Positions 16,513 to 24,239 of a DNA stretch of 50,946 bases are shown here, piece after piece. The position numbers were made by a program, and so were the translations under genes. Each line of letters begins with the position of its first letter. Within the stretch, counting starts at the first letter, position 1. The notes under the pieces were generated by a model. That model was not told the DNA's origin and did no database searches. It worked only from the letters and a program-made list of their open reading frames with translations. Source of the stretch: a virus; the IMG/VR virus record IMGVR_UViG_3300039098_000131, positions 1 to 50,946 of that record. One strand, written 5' to 3'.

Positions 16513-17232
16513 ATGGCCGATATACTCACACTTCAAAATCGACTTAATTATGTTCTGCTATCAGGTGGAATTGATTCAGCAACAGTACTTGCCAAACTCA
16601 TAAACGCTGCCAAAGTTTGCCAGGGCGCCCAAATAGTGGCGGTTATTATAAAATACCCGTCAAAGCACAACGCATGGGAAAGGGCCGCTGCTAAAAACAT
16701 AGCAAAGCACTACGGGGTTACCTCAATGGAGATTGATCTTACTGGTGTATTCGATGCCTTTGGATCTGCCCTGCTTACCAATTCCTCGGCCGAAATTCCA
16801 GAGGGCCATTACGAAGCCGAGTCCATGAAAGCAACGGTGGTCCCACTTCGAAACATTATTTTCTCGGCAATTGTTGCTGGAAAGCTCACCACCGTTGCAG
16901 GGCCTATGCCTTTCTCGCTCTGGTTGGGCGTGCATGCCGGCGACCATGCTATTTACCCGGATTGCAGGTTCGGCACAATCCGCTCTTTGGCTCAATGCTT
17001 ATTTGAGGGTACCGACAATCAATGCTTAATCCAGGCACCACTTATCAACGTGGATAAAACCACTATCGTAAACATTGGACTTGAAATAGATGTCCCGTAT
17101 GAACTCACTCGAACCTGTTATACCTCAAGAGGTTTGCCATGTGGAAAATGTGGCTCCTGCACCGAGCGGTTAGAGGCATTCGAGAAGAACGGTGTTACTG
17201 ATCCAGTAACGTATCAAAATAGTAAAGGTTGA
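16513..17232 (+). CDS. queC: 7-cyano-7-deazaguanine (preQ0) synthase QueC
   Basis: PP-loop LLSGGIDSAT and a C-terminal zinc site, CYTSRGLPCGKCGSCTERLEAF. 239 aa. Confidence 0.88.
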   Translation: MADILTLQNRLNYVLLSGGIDSATVLAKLINAAKVCQGAQIVAVIIKYPSKHNAWERAAAKNIAKHYGVTSMEIDLTGVFDAFGSALLTNSSAEIPEGHYEAESMKATVVPLRNIIFSAIVAGKLTTVAGPMPFSLWLGVHAGDHAIYPDCRFGTIRSLAQCLFEGTDNQCLIQAPLINVDKTTIVNIGLEIDVPYELTRTCYTSRGLPCGKCGSCTERLEAFEKNGVTDPVTYQNSKG

Positions 17233-17279
17233 TTTCCAGGTTAATCCCTATTATTATATAATCATTAAATGAAACCCAG
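17227..17279 (+). promoter_or_regulatory. Repeated promoter-like element, copy P5 (more divergent)
   Basis: GGTTG-N15-CCTATTATTATA followed by TAATCATTAAATGAAACCCAG. It overlaps the queC stop codon. Confidence 0.4.
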
Positions 17280-17393
17280 TTCACAGGCTGGCAAGTAACA
17301 ATCAGTAATTTACCTGGATAGTAATCGAAGCCCACCCTGGTTTGGGCACCTGTGAATCGGTTACTATCCGGGTATCTTTTTCCAGGAGTAATT

Positions 17394-18104
17394 ATGGCGG
17401 TTGAATACACGACAACCCGTGATAGTATCAAGTCGGTTAATACCTTAGTGTATGGCCCGTCCGGTGTCGGGAAAACTAAACTCATAAAAACACTCCCGAA
17501 ACCAGTTATTATCAGTTCCGAAAAGAAAAACATAGTCATAGCCAAGTACGACATTCCGGTTATGCTAATTAAAACACTTGAGGACCTACAGCAGGCAATC
17601 AAGGATATCCAGGCTAACACGCATGGGTTCACTGAATGTTGCTTGGACTCAGCAACAGATATTGCCAAGACCTGTTTATCAGAGAAGAAGAGGAACGCCA
17701 AGGACGCCCGGAAAGCGTTTTATGATACTCAAGACGAGATTATGGATTGCATTCGTAAGTTACGGGATTTGAAAATTCACACTTATGTAATTGCTCAACA
17801 CTCACTAATGATGGATGCGGCTGGCCTGAGGATCAACATGCCCTCCATGCCCTCAAAAGCGATGACCGAAGAATTGCCGTTTATGTTTGATGTGGTAATG
17901 GCAATGCAAGTCGATAAAGCGGATAAGCGTTGGTTGCAGACTTCGCTATCATCTACATGGTACGCCAAGGATAGTTCTGAGGCCCTTAACCCTGTGGAAA
18001 AACCTGATCTAGGAAAGATATTTCAAAAGATCGCAAACTCTTTGGAGAGAAACAATGGCAAAAAAGGACAAAAAGGGAAAAAAGGAAAAAAAGCAAAAAA
18101 ATGA
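17394..18104 (+). CDS. Sak4-like / AAA_24 RecA-fold ATPase (recombination)
   Basis: Walker A VYGPSGVGKT 20 residues from the start, 236 aa, with a K-rich tail. The start at 17394 (AGGAG upstream) is preferred to the GTG at 17352. Confidence 0.7.
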   Translation: MAVEYTTTRDSIKSVNTLVYGPSGVGKTKLIKTLPKPVIISSEKKNIVIAKYDIPVMLIKTLEDLQQAIKDIQANTHGFTECCLDSATDIAKTCLSEKKRNAKDARKAFYDTQDEIMDCIRKLRDLKIHTYVIAQHSLMMDAAGLRINMPSMPSKAMTEELPFMFDVVMAMQVDKADKRWLQTSLSSTWYAKDSSEALNPVEKPDLGKIFQKIANSLERNNGKKGQKGKKGKKAKK

Positions 18105-18621
18105 TGCCTTTGACCAACCCGTAAATGGTGAGGGACCAATAACTGCTGGTGATTCCACACCCAAAACTTTTGAAGCGCTTCCAACCAGTGTTCAACCAGC
18201 CCAGCTGGTGAAATGCGAAAGAAAGCCAACCCGGGATGGGAACGGGGAGTTGATGAATGCACAGTTCAAAATCATTGATGGCGAGTTCAAGGGTCGGACC
18301 ATTTTCAATAACGCGAACCTGGAAAACCCAAATGAGCAAACGGTTGAGATTGCTATTGAGCAGCTGAAAAACCACGTAGCCGCTGCCGGGCTGGAAAGCA
18401 TCGATTCCAAGTGGGATTGGACCCCGTTGCTGAATGTCCCAGTAATGATCCATGTCAAGTTCGAAAAAGGGGACGACCAATACCCAGACAAGAACAGTGT
18501 TAACGGTTTTTCCCCTTACGAGCAACACAATGGCAGTGTTGACAAGGCCGCGAAAAAGAAGGGTAAGAAAAAAGGCAATGGGAAAAAGGATAAAGGCAAG
18601 CCAGGGTGGTCTAAAAAATAA
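18055..18621 (+). CDS. DUF669-like protein (SSB-like partner of Sak4)
   Basis: Lies directly after the AAA_24 gene. The core reads FKIIDGEFKGRTIF.N.NL.N. K-rich N- and C-termini, with GGAG 7 nt upstream of the ATG. Confidence 0.5.
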   Translation: MAKKDKKGKKEKKQKNDAFDQPVNGEGPITAGDSTPKTFEALPTSVQPAQLVKCERKPTRDGNGELMNAQFKIIDGEFKGRTIFNNANLENPNEQTVEIAIEQLKNHVAAAGLESIDSKWDWTPLLNVPVMIHVKFEKGDDQYPDKNSVNGFSPYEQHNGSVDKAAKKKGKKKGNGKKDKGKPGWSKK

Positions 18622-19451
18622 TGCTTTTAACCGGCCCAGCGATACAAAATGAAATTAACCGCACTCTGGAGGTGAGCGAAATCGAGTTCCCAAGGACATA
18701 TCTCGGTATGTCCTCAATGGGACATCCTTGTATGAGAAAGTCATGGTTCAACTGGCGGTGGTATACACCGGAGGCTTTCTCGTCAAGGATGAAGCGGTTA
18801 TTCAAGCGTGGTCATAACGAAGAAGAACGGTTTATTGATCACCTAAGATTAATTGGCATAAAGGTTGAGGAAATCGACCCGGCCACAGGCGAGCAGTTCG
18901 AGTTCATTTCCAGCGATGGTCATTGCATGGGTCATTGCGACGGAAAAGCATCTTACAGGGGCTTCCGGTATTGTGCGGAGTTCAAAACACACAACAAAGC
19001 ATCCTACAACCAAGTACGTAAAATCCAGGATGTCAAGCTTTCTTTTCCCACTCATTATTACCAAGGTCAAAGGTACATGCATGAGATGGGAGTTGACTAT
19101 TGCATATATGGTGCTGTATGCAAGGACAACGATTCTTTACACTGGGAAGTTTTCAAAAAGGATATGGCTTCGGTTCGTTGGTTGCAGGACCGGGAAAAGT
19201 CACTCATTTTCGCAACAACAGTACCACCAAAGTTATCACAGCGACCGACTTACTATCAGTGCACTTGGTGTTGGTTTAAGGGTATTTGCCACGGGGGCCA
19301 AGAGCCTTGGCGTACCTGTCGGAGCTGCATTAGTGGCGCGCTCGTTGATAACGGGGGATGGGTATGTCTAAAAAGAAAAAAGGAAAGAAAACTAAGTCTA
19401 AACGAGCAGCTAAGGGGCTGCAAGAAACACAGCTTTATCTCAGGCCTTTAA
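18621..19451 (+). CDS. Cas4-like PD-(D/E)XK exonuclease with an Fe-S cluster motif
   Basis: Nuclease core GHCDG ... AEFKT. An N-terminal Cys (GHPCMRK) plus CTWCWFKGIC (CX2CX5C) matches the Cas4/AddB 4Fe-4S pattern. There is an extra C-terminal CRSC..C..C module. Confidence 0.7.
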   Translation: MLLTGPAIQNEINRTLEVSEIEFPRTYLGMSSMGHPCMRKSWFNWRWYTPEAFSSRMKRLFKRGHNEEERFIDHLRLIGIKVEEIDPATGEQFEFISSDGHCMGHCDGKASYRGFRYCAEFKTHNKASYNQVRKIQDVKLSFPTHYYQGQRYMHEMGVDYCIYGAVCKDNDSLHWEVFKKDMASVRWLQDREKSLIFATTVPPKLSQRPTYYQCTWCWFKGICHGGQEPWRTCRSCISGALVDNGGWVCLKRKKERKLSLNEQLRGCKKHSFISGL

Positions 19452-19585
19452 AAAAGATTAAAGGGTGCGGAACCTGTCTGCACTATGTACAATACTATTG
19501 TGCGTTTTGTCCGGGGGAGGATATCCCGGCAAAGGTTTTCAAAAAGGGTTGCGAGTACCGCAGCAAAGTAAAAATATTTTTCTAG
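19358..19585 (+). CDS. Small K-rich, Cys-rich protein (4-Cys module family)
   Basis: MGMSKKKKGKKTKSKR ... CGTCLHY..CAFC..GCEY. It overlaps the nuclease gene by 94 nt in another frame, so its reality and start are uncertain. Confidence 0.4.
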   Translation: MGMSKKKKGKKTKSKRAAKGLQETQLYLRPLKKIKGCGTCLHYVQYYCAFCPGEDIPAKVFKKGCEYRSKVKIFF

Positions 19586-19593
19586 GTGAAAAA

Positions 19594-20013
19594 ATGCAAA
19601 CAGCAAGTAAGGACTTCACTTTCGAAGCCGCCCACCGTCTCCAAAAGCATGCAGGCGAATGCCGAAACCTACACGGCCACACCTACAAAGTACGGGTAAC
19701 AATCACGGCCGGGTGCCTTGACGCCATGGACATGATTATGGATTTCAGCCATATCAAAAAGATAGTGTGGAATGAGGTGCTTTCTGGCTACGATCATTGT
19801 ACAATACTCGAGATAAGCGACCCACTTTATGACCTGCTGAAGGGTGAGGACATAAAGGTCATGCCTTACAACTGCTCCCCGACTGCCGAGGCAATGAGCA
19901 TGTACATTTTCAACCAGATTACTTTTGCTTTAAAAGGTTGCGGTGTGCAACTCGTTTCGGTAATAGTTTGGGAAACTCCCGATAATTTTGCCACTATGGA
20001 AGCCACCAAATGA
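19594..20013 (+). CDS. queD: 6-carboxy-5,6,7,8-tetrahydropterin synthase QueD
   Basis: FTFEAAHRL ... CRNLHGHTYKV, the PTPS/QueD signature. ATG at 19594. 139 aa. Confidence 0.88.
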   Translation: MQTASKDFTFEAAHRLQKHAGECRNLHGHTYKVRVTITAGCLDAMDMIMDFSHIKKIVWNEVLSGYDHCTILEISDPLYDLLKGEDIKVMPYNCSPTAEAMSMYIFNQITFALKGCGVQLVSVIVWETPDNFATMEATK

Positions 20014-20723
20014 AATCGAAAGGACTCAAGCCTTTTTACAGCAACAGAAATGCCGGGAAGAAGTTAAAAACCGGGGAAACGCTTTACATTGACGAGATTT
20101 TTGGTTCGATACAAACGGAGGGGCCATTCAGTGGAAACCCTGCAATCTTTGTCCGTCTTTTCGGGTGTAGCCTGAACTGTGGTTTCTGTGACACACCGCA
20201 AGAAGACGAAGCCAAGAAAATGAAGGTAAAGGAAATAGTCATGCGGGTTGAGTCAATAGCGGATGACTATGACAACGGTGCCAATACCAATTTGGTTGTT
20301 ATTACCGGAGGAGAACCGTTCCTGTATAACATGGGGCCGTTGGTAGGTGAGTTACTGGCCAAGAAATTCTGGGTTCAATTCGAAACCAGCGGTTCAGTTG
20401 CACCAAAGGGATTGACATTACCCATGGAAGGGGTTAGAATAATCACATCCCCAAAAACTGCTAAAATAGACAAGCAGATTGAGAAAAACACCCTTGCTTT
20501 CAAGTATGTTGTTGACGTAAAACACTGCTCTAAAAAAGACGGGTTACCGGAGGGTGTTTACAGACCGAAGGAAAAGGACTCAGGGCGGGTGATGGTATCA
20601 CCTAAATTTGTAGAAAAAAGCAAACAGAAAACGGAGGATAATATAGCCAATGCGGTAAAGGTCTGCAAGCGGTACGGGTATTGGTTCACGCTTCAGTATC
20701 ACAAATTAATCAACATTGAATAG
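20010..20723 (+). CDS. queE: 7-carboxy-7-deazaguanine synthase QueE (radical SAM)
   Basis: FGSIQTEGPFSG ... FVRLFGCSLNCGFCDT (CX3CX2C cluster motif). ATGA overlap with queD. Confidence 0.85.
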   Translation: MKSKGLKPFYSNRNAGKKLKTGETLYIDEIFGSIQTEGPFSGNPAIFVRLFGCSLNCGFCDTPQEDEAKKMKVKEIVMRVESIADDYDNGANTNLVVITGGEPFLYNMGPLVGELLAKKFWVQFETSGSVAPKGLTLPMEGVRIITSPKTAKIDKQIEKNTLAFKYVVDVKHCSKKDGLPEGVYRPKEKDSGRVMVSPKFVEKSKQKTEDNIANAVKVCKRYGYWFTLQYHKLINIE

Positions 20724-20730
20724 GTGCAAA

Positions 20731-20910
20731 ATGAAAATTGGCAATCTGGTGGAACAGGCTCAGGCAGAATTGAAGGCCGAAAAAGTACGGAAAGGCGTCG
20801 ATCTTTTAAAAGGCCGAATAAAGGAGCTCGACTCACTCAAGGCAGCGATAGCCGTCGCTGAGTCCCAACTTGAAGACCTTGTAGACAAGGACTTGGACGA
20901 TGTTTTTTAG
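20731..20910 (+). CDS. Small coiled-coil protein, unknown function
   Basis: 59 aa from the ATG at 20731 (AGGTG upstream). Lies within the que/dpdA cluster. Confidence 0.4.
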   Translation: MKIGNLVEQAQAELKAEKVRKGVDLLKGRIKELDSLKAAIAVAESQLEDLVDKDLDDVF

Positions 20911-21259
20911 TAGCATTAAGGATTTCCAATTAATTGGTGGGGGGGACAAACTCGTCCTCCTCTGGAAGGATGACGACGGGGTGGAGCATGGGTGCGTTAT
21001 TAATGAGCCTTTCCTGGAATCCTTGTCTCAACAAATGGAATACGTTGAAATAAGCTGTATGGGTTTGCGTGAACCACAAAGCATCCCAGCCGGGTTATCC
21101 ACAGCAACAGTATCCTTGATCTCAAACCAACTCGAATACGTTACCGGGAAAGACCTGGCCAAGCGTTTCGACCCTGCACTTAAAAAGTCGGTTCAGGAAT
21201 TGACCGACATAATCCTTGACAAATTGAAGGAACGAGATGAAAATCCGAAAGATATCTAA
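20900..21259 (+). CDS. Hypothetical protein within the deazaguanine cluster
   Basis: 119-aa ORF overlapping both neighbours. No motif recognised. Confidence 0.5.
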   Translation: MFFSSIKDFQLIGGGDKLVLLWKDDDGVEHGCVINEPFLESLSQQMEYVEISCMGLREPQSIPAGLSTATVSLISNQLEYVTGKDLAKRFDPALKKSVQELTDIILDKLKERDENPKDI

Positions 21260-22112
21260 CGATGAAGTAACAATTAGATGCGCTGAGATTGCCAACAGCC
21301 TCCCAAAGCACCAGCTATTTTATGGTGTTCCCCGTGGAGGAATAGCACCCGCCTATAGCATTGCGGCAATGTCCGAAGGCGGGGTGGTGGATTCGCCAAA
21401 TCTTGCCGACTACATTGTAGACGACTTGATTGATTCAGGAGCAACACGGTCCGAGTACATTTCCAGGTATCCGCATAAAAAATTTATTGCCTTATTCGAA
21501 AAAGAGGATAACACTGAGTGGTTCGTTTTTCCTTGGGAAGTAACCAAAGATAATAAGGATGAATCCGGCGAAGACATTTTCCTCCGTTTGCTTCAATTTG
21601 TTGGTGAAGACACTAACCGGGAGGGACTGGTTGAGACACCAGCTAGGATGGCTAGGATGTACAGGGAAATTACTTCTGGTTACGCTGAAGACCCATCCAG
21701 TTATTTCAAAACATTTAGTGAAAATGCTGAAGGGTATGACGAAATGATAATTCTCAGCCCTATTCCATTTTTCTCAATGTGCGAACACCACATGGCCCCG
21801 TTCTTCGGGACTGCTACCATAGGTTACATCCCGGACAAGCGTTTTGCTGGTCTTAGCAAGTTCGCCCGGGTAGTAGAAACGTTTTCCAAACGTCTTCAGA
21901 TTCAGGAAAGACTAACCCACCAAATTGCTGAGTGCATCGATGATTATGTGGCACCATCCGGTGTTGCTGTTGTTGTCAAAGCGCGCCACCTCTGTATGGA
22001 AATGAGAGGGGTCCGTACCCACGATGTGTATACAACCACGTCCGCATTGAAGGGTGTTTTCCTGGATCAGCAAGAAACAAGAAACGAGTTTTTGCACCTG
22101 ATAAAGGACTGA
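21237..22112 (+). CDS. folE: Fusion protein: N-terminal type-I phosphoribosyltransferase-like domain plus GTP cyclohydrolase I (FolE)
   Basis: The N-terminal part has GVPRGGIAPAY, YIVDDLIDSGATR (PRPP-binding motif) and WFVFPWE, which resembles Gpt. The C-terminal part has GLVETPARMARMY, CEHHMAPF, GLSKFARVVE, QIQERLT and HLCMEMRGV (FolE). Confidence 0.85.
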   Translation: MKIRKISNDEVTIRCAEIANSLPKHQLFYGVPRGGIAPAYSIAAMSEGGVVDSPNLADYIVDDLIDSGATRSEYISRYPHKKFIALFEKEDNTEWFVFPWEVTKDNKDESGEDIFLRLLQFVGEDTNREGLVETPARMARMYREITSGYAEDPSSYFKTFSENAEGYDEMIILSPIPFFSMCEHHMAPFFGTATIGYIPDKRFAGLSKFARVVETFSKRLQIQERLTHQIAECIDDYVAPSGVAVVVKARHLCMEMRGVRTHDVYTTTSALKGVFLDQQETRNEFLHLIKD

Positions 22113-22114
22113 AA

Positions 22115-23038
22115 ATGAAAATCTACATGGCGGGCGGATATTCGATGGGCCTCCATGGTTACCTCTCAAACCCGGCTTATATTGACCGCGAGATTTACAA
22201 GCGCCATTATAAGTCGGTACCAATTCTCGAGTCGTATCATTACATCCAGAATGAGAAAATATTCCCCTCTGTCAGGAAAAACAAAGATTCCATATTTCTT
22301 GATTCAGGGGCTTTTTCTATGTTCACTCAGGGGATTGAGGTTAACCTCCAGGCTTATGCAGACTTCATCCGAAAGAACAGTAAACTGATACACATAGCAT
22401 CCAACCTGGATGTTATCGGCAAGGGTAACGAAAAAGCAACCTATAAAAATCAGAAAACGCTTGAGAGCATGGGTGCAAAAATTGCTCCTGTACATCATGC
22501 AAGGGACAAGGACAAGTGGCTTGAGCGCTACTTAAATGACGGGTACGAGGACATCTTTTTAGGTGGCATGGTTCCTGAATCTGCGGTATATTTAAAGGAG
22601 TGGTTAGATCGAGTATGGGACCGATATCTTACGGACAAGAATGGGCATCCGTTAGTCCGGGTGCATGGGTTTGGCTTAACTACAGAATCATTGATGACAA
22701 GGTATCCTTGGTATTCGGTCGACTCCACAAAGTGGGCAATCGCTGCCGGAATGGGATCAATTTTAGTACCCCTCAATCGACCGGACAGGTTCTTTTGGCA
22801 GATCACTTTCTCAAGTCAGTCCCCGGCCAGGAAAAAGAGGAACCAACATATCCTGACCATAAGCGAGGACGAGAGGCGCTTGGTGAACAAATTTGTAAGG
22901 GACTTTGGCTTCAAACCGAAACAGCTCAGGAACAGCGCAGCGGTCCGGAGGATGTTCAATCTACTGGCTTTCCGGGAAATGCAACATAATTATCCCTGGC
23001 CTAAAACTTTCAGCAACAGTCATAGAGGACTTTTCTAG
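22115..23038 (+). CDS. dpdA: DpdA-family DNA transglycosylase (TGT-like, inserts 7-deazaguanine into DNA)
   Basis: IFLDSGAFSMF, VHGFGLT and YSVDSTKW, in a que gene context. 307 aa. Confidence 0.78.
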   Translation: MKIYMAGGYSMGLHGYLSNPAYIDREIYKRHYKSVPILESYHYIQNEKIFPSVRKNKDSIFLDSGAFSMFTQGIEVNLQAYADFIRKNSKLIHIASNLDVIGKGNEKATYKNQKTLESMGAKIAPVHHARDKDKWLERYLNDGYEDIFLGGMVPESAVYLKEWLDRVWDRYLTDKNGHPLVRVHGFGLTTESLMTRYPWYSVDSTKWAIAAGMGSILVPLNRPDRFFWQITFSSQSPARKKRNQHILTISEDERRLVNKFVRDFGFKPKQLRNSAAVRRMFNLLAFREMQHNYPWPKTFSNSHRGLF

Positions 23039-23325
23039 TGTTCAAATTATACAAAATAGATATTGGTAGGTGGGGGGATGTCGGTGCTAAGATACACACG
23101 GTTACCGCATCCAGCAGGACGGCACAGTATGCAAACCTAGTGCTCCCTAAAATTAGGGTTCGCCTTAAAACCAAGACCGAGGAATACCACCCTACTCGGT
23201 TAAAGGCCAAGGAAAGGCAGGTGGAACTTCAACTTGCGCGGTACAACATGGTCAGAAAAATGTATAACGCATCGAAAAGAAGACTCAAGACCGTTAAAGA
23301 GGGTTTAAAAAAGGAGCAGAAGTAA
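23038..23325 (+). CDS. Basic hypothetical protein
   Basis: 95-aa ORF. GTG start overlaps the dpdA stop. Confidence 0.4.
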   Translation: MFKLYKIDIGRWGDVGAKIHTVTASSRTAQYANLVLPKIRVRLKTKTEEYHPTRLKAKERQVELQLARYNMVRKMYNASKRRLKTVKEGLKKEQK

Positions 23326-24239
23326 TGATGAAACAAGCGTTCTCATTCATTAAGCATGCAATAAACAAGAAAGAAATTGACGACAGGTTGTCTGCCATTC
23401 ACTGTGTCGGGGATAAGGTTCAATCCTACAACGGGTGGATAACCATGGAGCACCCTTTGAAAGGAATGGGCACTTTTTCTGTTGCTCAGGCCGGGCTATT
23501 CCGAGCTGTTGAGGCGTGTAGCTGGGAACCAGACATAAAGGTTACAGAAAAAAACGTGATTCTAAAAAATGGTAGGGTCCGGCTTCAGCTCCCAATAACC
23601 AGTGATTTTATAGCGCAAAAACCGCAACGAAAAAACATCCAAAACTGTCCAGAAGATTTGCTGGATCAGCTGGCCCGGGTGAGACCGTTTATTTCGGAGG
23701 ATGCTTCGCGTGGTTGGTCCACCTCCGTCCACATCAAGAATGGTTATATCCATGCAACAAATAATATGACCATAGTTCGCTCCCCCTCAACCATTGCCGA
23801 ATGCACAATACCAGTTGAGGTGGTGGATGTCTTGTTGAAATTAAAAGTACCACCTGTAAAGTATAGCATGGGGATGCGTACCGTATACTTCGAGTGGGGA
23901 AACGGATCGTGGATGCAGGGCAACTTGATAATTGAAAAATGGCCTGACTTCAAAGAGTTATTTGATAAACGAGCCAAAGTAAAAAGAATTCCTCCAAACC
24001 TTCTGGAGGCCGTCCAGAAACTCAAGTACTTTTGCCCGGATGATATACTGTATATCCGAGATAAAGTAGCATTTACTGACACATGCAAGATAAGTGGCAT
24101 CAAGTTACCCGACACAACTATTAGTTGTAGAAATATCGAAATGGCATTACAATGTTTTGACAAGGGAAATTTTAAGAAACCACTTATTCACTTAACCGGG
24201 GATGGCATTGAAGGCGTTATGGCATCAATAAGCGCATGA
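23325..24239 (+). CDS. Putative DnaN-like sliding clamp
   Basis: Two segments resemble beta-clamp domain starts: FSFIKHAINKK...LSAIHC and VRPFISEDASRGWSTSVHIKNGYIHATNNMTIVR (compare the ..ATDGHRL. pattern). Lies immediately upstream of the polymerase. Confidence 0.45.
   Translation: MMKQAFSFIKHAINKKEIDDRLSAIHCVGDKVQSYNGWITMEHPLKGMGTFSVAQAGLFRAVEACSWEPDIKVTEKNVILKNGRVRLQLPITSDFIAQKPQRKNIQNCPEDLLDQLARVRPFISEDASRGWSTSVHIKNGYIHATNNMTIVRSPSTIAECTIPVEVVDVLLKLKVPPVKYSMGMRTVYFEWGNGSWMQGNLIIEKWPDFKELFDKRAKVKRIPPNLLEAVQKLKYFCPDDILYIRDKVAFTDTCKISGIKLPDTTISCRNIEMALQCFDKGNFKKPLIHLTGDGIEGVMASISA

Noticed and set aside
17195-17701. 168-aa minus-strand ORF across the queC end and the Sak4-like gene start
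   Set aside because: It is antisense to two genes that carry clear catalytic motifs. It also spans promoter-like element P5. It is very likely spurious.
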